Origin: Plasmodiophora brassicae
Lineage: Eukaryota
Assembly (NCBI GenBank): GCA_036867785.1
Contig: CP145411.1
Span: forward strand, 806,001-870,000
Reading direction: 5' to 3'
Length of the DNA stretch: 64,000 bases
Part shown: piece after piece, positions 1-12,139 of the stretch
How positions within the stretch are numbered: position 1 is the first letter of the stretch
How the letters are laid out: each line of letters begins with the position of its first letter
Made by a program: the position numbers and the translations under genes
Notes under the pieces: model-generated
Told to the model about the DNA's origin: nothing
Database searches by the model: none
The model's input: only the letters and a program-made list of their open reading frames with translations

Positions 1-1752
1 TGTGCGACAGGTTCCTACTGGATGAATGACGGGGTGCGTTGTCAGGTGAAGCGCTGGCGATGTTCGAGAGAGCGGCGAACGCGGATCCAGACAGTGCCAC
101 AGCGGCGAACAACTATGGCGTGTGCCTGCAGAGGGCTGGAAACCCGGTCCAGGCGCTCAGGTGGTTGAGGGCCGCCCTGCACGTCAATGAGGACAACGTT
201 GCGGCTCTGTACAACACGGCCACGCTGCTGATCAGCATGTCCAGTTTCCGGGACGCCAAAGCGTTCCTCGATCAGGTGGCGGCACGATCCAAATTGTCGC
301 CAAACGCTCTCAACAACAGGGCGCTGTGCGTTCATGCCTCGGCTGTTGCGGCGACGTGCTGACAGGTGATCAGGTGCTACCAGAACATGGGCATGCTGGA
401 CGAAGCCATTGCCGACTACACGGAGGCGCTGCGTGTCGACAGCGGCCATCTGGATGCGAGGCTGAACCGTATCAGGGCGTATGCCCAGCAGATGGACTTC
501 CGCCGCGCCCTGACGGACGTCAACCATGTGAAGATGCGGTACGCCGATGACGGGCGCGTCGAGCACGAGCAACTGAGCCGCATTGCAACGTACTGCCGCG
601 CCTGGCAGCACACGCTCCGAGTTGCAATCGACCATATCTCGGTCGGCCTGGCCGAGCTTCCACCATTCTGCAGCGTCAATCTGCGAGCCGCCATCATCGT
701 TGATGAGGGTCTCATAGATCCGAGGTAAGGGCGGCGAGTCGGTCCCCGTGGTCTGATGGCGTAACCGGTTGCGAATCAGGGACATGGGTATGCCTGCGAG
801 CGCTTCGAATCGGCTCGTCATGGCCCTGCTGGAAGCAACGCCAAGCGACTCACCGCTGTCCGAGGCGATCAAGACTGCCTGCATGGCGCAGACACGCTCG
901 TCTCGCGAGGACGTCTCGAGGGCGCTCGTCCATGCTGTCTTCTTGGCGCAGACCACATCCAATGAGGACCTTCGCGCATTGCTACTCCAGTGGCGATGCG
1001 TCCTCCTGGTGCAACTGGGGCACCTGGACGAGGCTGCCAAGGAGCTTCACCTTGTGATCAACAATTCAAGTCGGCATCTGTCGACACGGTTTTCGCCGCT
1101 GGCGAATCTCGCCGGTCGCCTGCACGAGCACAACGGGCAACTCGAAGACGCGTTGCGTTCCTACGAGCGCGCACGTTCAATCGACCCTGCCAATGTCAGA
1201 TAGGACGTCGATGGCCAGAGGCCTCCTTGCTATCCGGGTCCCAACGGTTGAATGCTTCTAGGTGTTCGCCCAGCTGAACTGCGCCCGCTTGCTGGCAGCC
1301 GCCGACTACAACTATGACGCTTTCCGTGCGTTGTCGAAGGCGGTCGAGCTGGTTCAAGGTCGGGACCTGTCGGCGGCCCATGCTACATTGGCCCAAGCAC
1401 TGCACGCATACGTCGTGACAATCAGCAGCGGGACGAAGCACTGGCATGAGCTGGAGAAGGTTACTCGGGCGTAGGCGAGCCGGTGCTGCTTCTAAAACTC
1501 GCGTTTGGACAGTTGCAAGGGAAGTTGGCGGTCGCCATCGATGACGCAATGCACGAGGCCAGGACGGCCTACCACATTCACCAGGTGACCCGACAGGTCG
1601 ACACTATCATGCAGGAGTACCTACAGCGGTTCGAAGCGATCAGCAACGCGAAGGACGACTTCTTCTCGACCCTCAACATTGCTGACATGGACGTATCGTT
1701 AAACGCCGCGCTGGAAAAGATGGAGAAGGCTCTGCAGGACGATGAAACCTAA
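1..1752 (+). CDS. Tetratricopeptide-repeat protein, multi-exon, 5' end outside window
   Basis: TPR-like repeats in successive ORFs (AANNYGVCLQRAG, ALYNTATLL, LDEAIADYTEAL, LEDALRSYERARSIDP). Removing the gtgcgt...atcag intron restores NNRALCYQNMG. Stop TAA at 1750-1752. Confidence 0.8.
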
Positions 1753-1886
1753 TACATAACGGGAGACGCTAGTATAAACCATTCTGGGGATGTATGATCG
1801 ATCAAAGGCGTCAAGCAGCGACGAAACTGAAACGTGGGGATGCTGGGGAGGATTGCGGGGGTAACCGCAACAACGCTTGTGAGCAC

Positions 1887-4800
1887 TTACCGGCCTCGAA
1901 GCTGGCGCACCAAGTTGTTCGCCCACTGTGCATTATCAATAAGGCTCTGGTCGCCGGAAGCTAAACCTTGGTTGAGCAGCGCACTGATGCACGGGGCGTC
2001 AACAAGGTGACGCATGGCATCCTTCAAATTCTGGACAAGGTCTCCGATCAGACCAATTGCCGAGGCCAGGACACCACGCTCGCGGTCAGGGTCATTCGCG
2101 ATGAGCTCAAGAAATCCAACAACATGCGATGTAAACATCTGGAACTCGGACAGCTTGTTATCCTCCGCCAGACCCGCAATGATCCCGGAGTACGTGTCGA
2201 GGATACTGAGCCGAAGGGCATTGGCGAAGTCAATAGCAGCAAGATCCGGCGCGTGATCAAACTTGGTTTGCGAAGCTTCAATTAAGACACGCATCACGTG
2301 TTGAACGTAACGATCGAATCGACCTGAAAGCAGCTCGTTAGTAGGCTCCATCACAGAGTGTACAATAAGACAGACCTCTGAGCGCAAGAGCAATGTCGCC
2401 AAAGCATGAAATAATGTGAGGTTTGACGGTCCGTTCCAGGTTAGGGTTGGAAAGGTCGCGCAGGAGGATGTTCACGAATTCGTCGCAATGAGGAGTAACA
2501 GCTGGTCCAAGAGCTCGGCAGACGTCGCCCAAGACCCCAACCGACACCTGGCAGACCTGTAAACATACACGGGATCAGTACAGAGAAACGATACGAGATG
2601 AACCGACATCACATACCTGCGGTTCGAACGTATTGTTCAGGCCTTCGACAAGGAACGGCTTCAACGCATCAACATATTTCGCAAAGTCTGACTGCACGCA
2701 CGACGCAACAACCCCAATTGCCATGAAAGCCTCCTCGTTCAGCGTTGCACTCTTGGCCTGCAGGACACGCAGGAACATCATCATGAGCCCATCTGCATGC
2801 TGAGCAATAGTACGCGAGTCCATGCGAATGATAATCGCTTGCAGAGCGCCACACAAAAGACCCTGCACTTCACACGAACGTTCATCTGAAGTCCCGACAG
2901 CCAAGCTGCGCTGCAGCCGCTCCATGAGAGTTATCATGAGACGCTCGATTGATGGGAAGCAATCTCGCGCCGCCGTGGAGATAAGAACACTGATCGCTTC
3001 ATAGGCCGAACACAGAAGTCGCGTGTCGGGAAGGTCCTGGCGATCAGTGGCCTCCAGTAACGCAGCAATGAGGCCTTCGAAATACTGGTAATTGTGAATT
3101 TAGCCACAAGGAGCACAGCAATAACGAGACGCAGGTGGTACCTTCGACAGTTCTGACGTCGGAGCATCCTTGGACTCGACAGCTTCCGCTAGGCAGTGAA
3201 TCGCCCAGCAGATATGGCTTGCAATAGGTGGTTGATCTTTCATTCCGACCAGGAATGCATGCATGAGCTTGTTCAACATCTGCTGGTCGATAATTTCGGG
3301 CAGAACGTCACAAATTCTTCCGACAGTCCACGCAGCCGTATCGCGCACATGCACTGAGGGATCTTTCATGTGCCCAAGAATGACTGTCCAGAGAAGATCA
3401 GGTTAATGGGCATGGACAACGCAGCTATAGAAAGCAAACCATCGAAGGCAACGGAAACGAGGCGGGCCAACGTTCCTTTCGAGGGCCCATCCAGAATTGA
3501 ACCGAACGCAAGCGTCGCGGCTTCCCTGGCATGCCAGTTATCGGAGCGAATGTTCTGTTCAACGAACGGTAGCACGTAAGGAACGACGTTATCCTTAACT
3601 GCTTGTGCCAATAGCGACAGGCAAAGACCTAAACGGGGCATTAAGGTTTGCTAAGTAGCATGTCTGGTCGTAATTACCAGAAGCCGTAGCAACGTTCCAC
3701 GTGTCGTCGGAAAACTCGTCAACATCTTCGGCCTGCTTAAGCAGACACTGCTGAAGCAGAGGAACAAGGGGTTCCAGAACAACGTTCGCGAAGTTTCGGC
3801 AACTCCTGTAGGGAGGCTTCTTCTTCTCCATGCACTACAATCAGGTCAGAACCAAGAGAAACTCCACAACGTGCTTAAGCGAACCTCTTCAACGATCTCA
3901 GCGATCAAGATTTCTTCGTCACAGATGCTTGACCAAAATTCAATGGCTTGCAGGGCGACCTCTTCAACGTCGTTGGTAATGGCGTTCCTTGTCAGCACGA
4001 AAATCTACAGTAGTCTCTGAGAACTGTCGAACGGGCAACAAGGCTAGACTAGGTCGAACCTGGTTCATGTACGCGTCGATCTGATCATAATACAGGGACG
4101 CGACTTTGACCAGGCAAAGGAAAGCAGCGACGCGAACCTTGGAATCAGGTGATGCCGCAGCAGACAAGATCATGGTCATGATCAGATTTCGCTCGTTCTC
4201 CACGAGCATGTTGTTCTTGGCGAACTCCAGGGAATTTGCCAAGGCAGTTGTAGCCGCCAGTTTAACCGCCTGGTTGGTCTCGCCCTCCATCATACCTTGC
4301 GAGATTGCATTCAAGATATCAGCAGAGCTGCTCTGCAGTTGCTCCGGAACCTAGAAATCCACATTGGAGCACAGCTCACTCCAGATCGCGCAGCAGTGGA
4401 CTCACCTCTTCGCAAACGTATCCAAGCGCCTCAAAGGTGCTCTGCTTGAGGTCGGCGTTGGGTGCTGCTGCTATGTTGTGCAGTAAAATTCGGACAAGAT
4501 CAGGCCACAGGCCCTGCGGGATATCGATCGCGGCAATCTTCGCGACGACCATGGCGGCAGTCGAGCGCGCTTCGCGCAACGGTGCACCAAGAGTCGTCAG
4601 CACAGCTTGCTTGATACCCACACGGACCTGGACAATGTGGTCAGAAACGAGGGGCGGGCATGGCAGTTATTACGGGACCTCAAGCGGGAGCGCATTCCAC
4701 CTCTGATTGAGGGCCGACTGCCGGAGATCATCTTTGGCGACTAGGGAGTTCTTGACAAGAATACCGGCCAAATGACGAGCGATTGCCGGCTTCTGAGGGT

Positions 4801-5068
4801 CACGAAGCTCCGCGCACAGCGATGTAATATAGACGGGCTATCATATCCACAGCCATAATCAGTCTGGCAGCCTCGAAAGAACGCAGTCGTAGGGGGACGT
4901 ACAAAATTTTCGGCCTCGAGCCTCAGCAAGTTCTGCTCAGCGGGCGTGCGGAGCGCCGCATCTGCAATCACACCCGGTTACAACCATGGCGCAGGGCAGG
5001 CGCGCACGTCAAGGCAAACCAGAGCCACTGGCGTGCACAAGCAGTTCGGTCAGCGAAATCGTTTCCAT
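1887..5068 (-). CDS. KPNB1: Importin subunit beta-1 (karyopherin beta-1), multi-exon
   Basis: ATG at 5068 ([28 protein letters not shown]). Motifs [63 protein letters not shown] and ILDTYSGII are characteristic of importin-beta HEAT repeats. Confidence 0.95.
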
Positions 5069-5576
5069 TGTCGCGTCCGGCGGTGGTCAGCGTGAAGCGT
5101 TCCTGCGTTGCCCCGCGCCCGCGCCCACACGACAGCGCGCCCCACCAGATTCTGCAAATGACTGCGTGCGGCGCCGCAATAGTAAACGCCGCCACTGCAC
5201 CCGCCGCGCTGGACAACTTTTCCCGCAGCTTCACGCTATCCTGCCCTCGTTATTAGACGTCGCCGGCCGCGCCGCATCGTGTGGCACACGCCCATCATCA
5301 GAACTGGCAACAGCAAACCTCCCCTTGTATTACTCGGCAGAATCGATGCCTGCGATCCAGCAACAGGTTGGTTCCCGTGTCTTCACCGGGGGGTCACCGC
5401 GGCGGCAGGATGTGACTATGGAGTGCTGTGAGTCGTCCATGGCTCATGGTAGTGTGCGAGTTCAAGTGATGGTATGTGTCGTCAGCAAGCGTTGCCGAGG
5501 GTCGATGCGGGGTGGCCGCCGACGGAACAACCGACCAGGAGTGTCCGTGGGCGCCTGTCGGGGCGCGCAGCGTGGC

Positions 5577-6152
5577 ATGCGGCGCGTCGTGGTGTACGAA
5601 CGGCAATCGGGTGTCTGCCTGTTCAGTGAGACTTGGGGGACCTGGAAGGGCGACCAGTCGCGGGGCAAGATCTGCGGCCTCGTTCAGTTCTTCTTCCAGC
5701 TGGCCAGGGAGATCGACGATGACGGCCAGGTGTCGCGGGTCATGTTCCATGATCCGGTCAAGCTCGAGAAGCTTCGCCCGACGTCGTACCACTCCCGGTT
5801 TCCGACGCTGACGTCGAGAACGACGACCAGGAAGAAGGGCTCGTCCGAGTCCGGGGCCGTTGATTTCTCGGATGGTGCCGGTCTCAGCATGACCTGCGCT
5901 CAAAAGGATCGCCTCGTCTCGGCCGCCTTCTTCGAAGATGATGTTGACGCCAGCGTCATGCAACGAATCACGTCGCTTATTCTGGAGAAGTTCGTGGAGC
6001 GGTTCCCGACGCAGATCAACGCCATCCTTCCGATGTGTGACGACGTCGCCAGGACACCAGACTGTGTCGTCGACGAGGACAAGGTCATGGCACCATTTGC
6101 GTCATTCGCTGAGAGTGTCCAAGAGATCCGAAAGAGCCACTTTAAAGTATGA
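5577..6152 (+). CDS. Hypothetical protein, possibly longin-like fold (intronless; likely start at ATG 5577)
   Basis: The 3' half of ORF 4986..6152 is protein-like: MRRVVVYERQSGVCLFSETW...ICGLVQFFFQLAREI...MTCAQKDRLVSAAFFE...ILEKFVERF. The beta-beta-alpha-beta-beta-beta-alpha pattern resembles longin domains (inference). Confidence 0.6.
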   Translation: MRRVVVYERQSGVCLFSETWGTWKGDQSRGKICGLVQFFFQLAREIDDDGQVSRVMFHDPVKLEKLRPTSYHSRFPTLTSRTTTRKKGSSESGAVDFSDGAGLSMTCAQKDRLVSAAFFEDDVDASVMQRITSLILEKFVERFPTQINAILPMCDDVARTPDCVVDEDKVMAPFASFAESVQEIRKSHFKV

Positions 6153-6275
6153 TGGCGCGGGATCTAATTCTACATTATATACGATCCCGTATTTATTGCC
6201 CCTGCGATCTAGAACGAACGAAACGTTTGCTGAGACAAAATCGAAATGTTCCGTTTAGCTATTGGAAGTGACAAT

Positions 6276-6728
6276 TCAGCAAGTGAGAACGGCAATACCG
6301 CCGGCCGCGTTGATCTTCTCCTCGGCCTTCTTGCTGAAGAACTTGGCCTTGACGATGCAGGGCTGGTCAGGGATGAGACCCTTGCCGAGGACCTTCGAGT
6401 ATCCAGCCAGAGTCACGTCGATGACGGGGACCTTCTTGTTGTTCGCGTCGAGATCGGCGTACTTCTCGCGCGTCTGCTCAGACACCAGCGTCCACAGCTT
6501 CTCGACGTTGATCGTGGGGCAGTGGTACTTCTGGTTCGTCTTGTGGAAGTAGCGCATGCCGACCTTACCGAAGTAACCCGGGTGGTACTTATCCATCAGG
6601 ATGCGGTGGTGGTGCATACCACCGGCGTTACCTCGACCACCAGGATGCTTCCTGTGCTTGCCAACACGACCATGGCCAGCCGAGACGTGACCACGCTTCT
6701 TGCGGGTGTTCTTCAACCGAGTCGTCAT
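6276..6728 (-). CDS. RPL27A: 60S ribosomal protein L27a (uL15), intronless
   Basis: [43 protein letters not shown]...[14 protein letters not shown] is the canonical eukaryotic uL15 N-terminus. Confidence 0.98.
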   Translation of the reverse strand: MTTRLKNTRKKRGHVSAGHGRVGKHRKHPGGRGNAGGMHHHRILMDKYHPGYFGKVGMRYFHKTNQKYHCPTINVEKLWTLVSEQTREKYADLDANNKKVPVIDVTLAGYSKVLGKGLIPDQPCIVKAKFFSKKAEEKINAAGGIAVLTC

Positions 6729-6793
6729 GGCGATTCACACAGCGTCCTGGATGCGGATTCCGCCCACGGTGTCCGCGAACGCACGGACTCCGC

Positions 6794-6815
6794 GTATATG
6801 GAGAGCCGCCCTAAT
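6794..6815 (-). promoter_or_regulatory. Candidate promoter motif ATTAGGGCG-N8-TATAC upstream of RPL27A
   Basis: Motif 79 nt upstream of the ATG. The same motif occurs upstream of RPL22. Confidence 0.45.
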
Positions 6816-6876
6816 GCCGACGCACTGAAAAACGTCCGAACATGAGCGTCCAGGTTGTAGCAGCAGGTAAGCTCCA

Positions 6877-9800
6877 TTATATTATCGTGAACAGCTCGTG
6901 GACAATGACAGGAGCACAGCGGGGGAGTTCCTGCCCAACGGCGACGAGAGACGGAACAAGGGACGATATGACGTTAGGGTCTGGCGCTTTTGCTCGCGAT
7001 TCGTCTGCAGATGGCGAAACGAGTCGAACCAAACGCCTAACAACAGTATCGATGCTGAAGTCATCCCATGATGCAATTGAGGTAGGCAGAGATGTAGCTA
7101 GCTGCCTCAGGTCACCGGCCAGGAATGGCCGCCCCCAGGCACAGACCATTTCGCCAATGACGTGCAGTGCCATATTAGGCTCGGGAGATGCTGCTGCCAA
7201 ATCAAACAGATTTAGAAGCCAAGACAGCCGTTGAGGCGGGGCGATGGCTTCAGCGCACGCTTGGGCAAGAACAGGCACGAGCCAACCAACAGTGTCTTGC
7301 CTCGCCAGAGGTCCTACAACGATGGTGCGAGCAGACTGTAACACAGATATGTCAAGCGTGCCCCGACGAACCAGTTCACAGCGAACGAAGATGCCAGCCA
7401 GGTTCACGGGGGTGAACTCGTTGGTAACAGGAAGGGCGCTGTCAATCTCGTTGATACCAACAATTTCGAAGCACGAGGCGTACAATCGAGATGACTGACT
7501 TGATGCACCCGCAGCGATAATAAGCTTCGCTAGCTCATCGCTGGCCAATGTTTGAATTGCCGCAGACTTCACTCTGTGATCAGGAACGGACTGAAAGACA
7601 CATCGAAAACCGGTCAGCATTGCATTCAGAAACGAGGGTTGCTGATTCGGCGAACAAGCCAGCTTAGAAAGTGCATGAAACAATTCAGATGACTGCACAG
7701 AATCAATACAGCACACGACGTGGAGCAGATTTCGCAGAAGGCTCAGCTGGATAGCCGACGGATGCGACGAGAATGGCTTCACCATTGCCAAAACGACATT
7801 CTTCAGTGCATCATCGGCTTTCGCCTGTTGGAGAAGCAGCTCTAACGCAGGAACTTGTAGGACGAGCTCATCCCTGAGCCATGAATAAGATAAGGCGTGG
7901 AGCAAATAATAAAGATATCCATACAGCGAGGCATTATTGTGCAGAACCTTTACGATTCGGGTAAAAGCGGCAGCTGCAATCGGCAGCCTTATTTGTGGTT
8001 TGCCGAGCGACGCTTGTAGAAGGGCACGTGTAACCGAAGCCAACTGCCGGTTGCCCATGCTCCTCGACTGGACAGAGTCGCATAGAATATAGAGTAGCGA
8101 ACCTGGTGGGGCTCCACGTTTGGCGTCTCGACTCGACCGCTCCTTCGGGAACGCCAAGGACGATAGCATCCCAAGCGTGAAGACCGCCGTTTCCACTACC
8201 TGGAAACAGCATATTCAGTAGGCAATCGAAGTGCACGGGAACCTGACGCGCACCGATGGATCCTTCCCTGATTTCGCCAACGATACCAGTGCGTCATAAA
8301 ACGACACACCATTGTCGTGAAATAGGGATTCGAACGTTTGCAGAGATGGCGATAAGTTTCCCTCAAACGGGTTGATCGGGTTAGCGCCCAACAGTGAAGC
8401 GATCCCCAGAAGACACCCTTGGGACACATTGCATCCCGTGGTCGACGCAGCCGCATTTCCGGTTGAATGACGTTCCAGAAGGTGTAGCAGGCGCGATGCA
8501 ATTTCTTGTACGAAACCGCCAGGCAACAATGCGAAATTATAAGAGGAACAATGAAGTGCGTTCGTCAGCGCTCCAATGGCAACGCAAGCCGCCGCACACG
8601 GATTAGCTTTGGAGAGTTCAGCGACGTGCAGGGATACGACGTCGTGTAGCAAGTCTGCTCCAATAACACCTTTCGAGAATAGACGGATACTGAGGTCACC
8701 GATGCACCAAAACGAAGCTGCGATACACCAAGTCAGTATGTGTTAATCATATTTGAATAATGGAAAGCCTAACCATTCCTGCATTCGTACATGTTGTCCG
8801 ATGAAATTCTGTCAAGAAGCTTTGTATGGAGATCTAATAGGAACTGGTCCATACCAGCCCGAGCCCCTGCAGAGATAACCCACGACAGACCGACAGCGCA
8901 AGGCGCGACGATAGAATAGCCAACTTCCTCTGAGGTCGCTGATGATTCAAACGCTCCGGTGTACAAAACATTCGCAGAACACCCAATCAGGTTAACCCTG
9001 TCTGGACTAATCGATGACGAACTGTCGTCAAGCCCACTCTGGACAAGGCCGTCGCAAAAGATACCAAGGCCGATTACAGCGGCTGAAGCGGTGCCGGATT
9101 GGGTACAACGATGCTTCGACAGCAATATGTCGAAAGCTTGCTGTCGTCGAACACAGTCCGTCGGGTGAAGTGCTGCAGCAGTCATCGACAACGCCAGCAG
9201 CGCCGGCGCCTGAACTGTCTTCAAAGATACATCTGAGGCATCAGCGGCGTTCAAGATATGGAGATGGATGCGCTCGGTTACGTCCATATAACCCCAAGAC
9301 GAAGCTCTGATTGCAAGACCAGCGAGGCACAGCAGCGCATTGCCACGCCTCCGACTGTCCCCGATATCCAAGTCGAGCAGTTGCTTTTCAATACGCTCGA
9401 GAGCGGCCAAATGCGTTGTAGGTGCTGAGGCACTATCGGCAACGAGACCAGTGACGATTCGGCTAGCATATCGGCGCCATGCGTAGCACATAGTGGGGAT
9501 GAACACAGATTGAGCTAGTGCAGCCTTGTCCAGACAATCCGCGGTATTACTAGCAGTGGATGGCCGATCGGATAGATACGCGATTGCACATGCGGACAGT
9601 GCATCCCTTAAGCAGGGCCGACTGTCTGGAACATGCGCCATCTCCGAAAGATCTGACCGGGCAGAGCGGATGATCCAAGAGCAGTTGTTGGGGACATCGC
9701 CAACGATATCATCTGCCCTTTTGACTTTGATGTCAGTAACTGTCGAGCTGGATCGGACAAGCTGGAGATTGCATGCCAGCCCGGAAAGAGTCTCCAGTGC

Positions 9801-11867
9801 CTTCCGCACTCGTCCCGATGGCTCCTGCTCCAGTCGTTCCACAACTCCAAGGGTGAAGCTTCGATCCAGAAAGAATTCAGCCGCTTCCGAGTTGGTAAAC
9901 GCATCGGATGCGATCGCCTGCCGCACGAAGCGTGACAGAACTTGGCAAGCCGATATCCGGACCTCAACATGAGGAGATAAACGCGGATGACTCAGATCCC
10001 ACAGATAATGAAGAATCGGCCGCTGGAATTCGTTGTCTTCATCTGATTCATGATCGACAAGCTGGGAGCACTCCAGCAAAGAGCACAGTTTGCGCAAAGC
10101 GATTGGATTTCTGCCAACGCAGAACTGGCGAATGCGGCGCTTCTCAAGAACGCCGTACACGACCCCAAAGTCAAGAAAGAACGATAGGCAGAGAGTACGA
10201 ATGGATTCTAGGGCAAGTGCCACGATGACAGGATCAGAATCCTCAAGAAGTTGCTGGAGAAGCGGAACCAGTTGAAGAGCATTGTCACCGCTGTGGGAGC
10301 AAACAGTACTGACGGATGCCGCAACAGCGGCTCGTATGACGCGACTCTCAGACGTATGCATGCGAAGAAGAAACTCGTGCAATCGAGAAAACGACCGTGG
10401 CTCTATAACACATAACGACGTAAGTAGATGAACGCAAAGCGCTTGAAGCGATGTGTTCGGGTGGTTCCCAAGCGGCAAAATTACGCGAAGGGCACGAGAA
10501 AGGCCCTGTGGTTGACGAGCAAGCATAGGCAGAAAGAGCAACAATTCCAAACGAGTGCACTCGTTCTGGTCATCTCGCAAACGATGCAGAATCGCCGGAA
10601 GGATAGTCAGTGCCTGGTCGCCGTGATCACGGGCCAGCAATTGGAAATAATTCCTGGCAATTCCTAAGTCGTCCGGGTTGCCACTATCGATTGTGGCGCT
10701 AATGAACAACTTGACATTTCGCCAATCAGATCCTTCGATGGCAGTGACATTGCGGATACAGGAGGACGTGCGTGGTTGCGAAGATAGAACTTGAAAGACA
10801 GCAAGAGCATCAGTAATGCCTGGAAACTTCCAGACGTCGAGAACAGACGGTAACGATTCCGAACCGTAAGAAATCATTGTTTCTTCTGTGTCCGAAATAC
10901 TGACAACCAATTCATCGGCTCGACGAAGGACGTCTACAGCAGCAGTCGAAACAGCAGTCGAAGAGAGTATCTCAAGCAACCGAGGCCTTAGCAATGCAAT
11001 CGCTGCAGCAACTTGACATGTGGTTCGCTTATACGGAAACGCGCTGATCGAATCGATAACAAGCGCAATCAAGTCCAGCATGGCGCACTGGTCATGTGCC
11101 GTCAGAACGCCTTCATGGAAATGGAGGTTCCAGGCTAGGATAGCCAGCACGCGCGGATCGGTTGCAAGGAGCGGGTCCAACGAGAACAAGTAAGACAGTG
11201 ACCGAACGTGGCCTTCAGACGGAATGCCGTGCAGGCCACCGAACGTCAGACCTTCCAGCGAAAGACCGACGATTCGCCAAGCAAGATTCAAACATTTGGG
11301 CAAACCATGAGCACCAACGTCGACGTCGAATAGGGCATCGATAAGATCTCGGAGCGAGTCCTCGCGAAACATATGCCAATAACCGTTGTGCGTGTTTGGA
11401 AACGCCCCTGACAGATGGATCGCCCGAATATCAACGAACAACGTGATAATCTCCAAGGATAGCGCAGGACGCTGCCTGCTGATCGCGAGAAGCGTGGAGT
11501 GAAGTGGCAACCATAGTGACGACAGCTTGTCGGTTTTAAAAAGGTCCTTGACAAACGGGACCAGGCGACCAACATGGCGTGATGGTGTTCGCACGTAATT
11601 CCGAATCCCACTCAGTATCGACGGAAAGCAATCAGGTCGGATGGACAACGCCCGCGTTAGAGCCGACGCGGTGACCGGGCTGGTGTCGTCGACGAGCACG
11701 ACGACGACATCCACCAGAGCGACCGCCAGATTGTGCACTGCCCGCGTTCGCGGCGCGTCCGATATCGCGCCCAGCAGTCCCTGCACCAGCGACTCCCCCT
11801 GGAGGCAGGTGCATCGCGGCTGCGCGGCCTCGACCCGTCCCACAATCTCAGCTGCACTCATCGTCAT
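6877..11867 (-). CDS. Large ARM/HEAT protein, focadhesin/RST1-like, multi-exon
   Basis: ORFs of 1032, 145 and 439 aa joined by short introns. Segment RAAVAASVSTVC...LQLVPLLQQLLEDSDPVIVALALESIRTLCLSFFLDFGVVYGVL resembles the focadhesin/RST1 (DUF3730) region. Confidence 0.65.
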
Positions 11868-12139
11868 GCTGAATCTGCGCCGCGGCGAACGGCAGGTCGC
11901 GCCGATGCAATTGGCTCCACTGTGACCCGACTCGACATCCGCGTAGAACTTCTGGGCAAATTAGAAGGTCAGGACTCAGGAGACCATAAGCGGTACGTAT
12001 GACCTATCCACTATTCCGTTGCGGATCGGAGGAAGGACTGCCCTTCATGATACTGCGTACATTGGGATGGGTTCACACTTCGGAGGAAGGCCTAGCAGTC
12101 ACAGGGTCCTCGGCCTGAATCATTTGGGAATTCAAGGGT

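Noticed and set aside
4986-5576. N-terminal half of the 388-aa ORF 4986..6152
   Set aside because: Overlaps the first importin-beta exon and the shared promoter. It is Arg-rich and not protein-like; ATG 5577 is the better start.
6246-6845. Long antisense ORFs opposite RPL27A (similarly opposite asd, ENA and the Sel1 genes)
   Set aside because: Expected shadow ORFs in GC-rich, codon-biased coding DNA, with no recognisable motifs.
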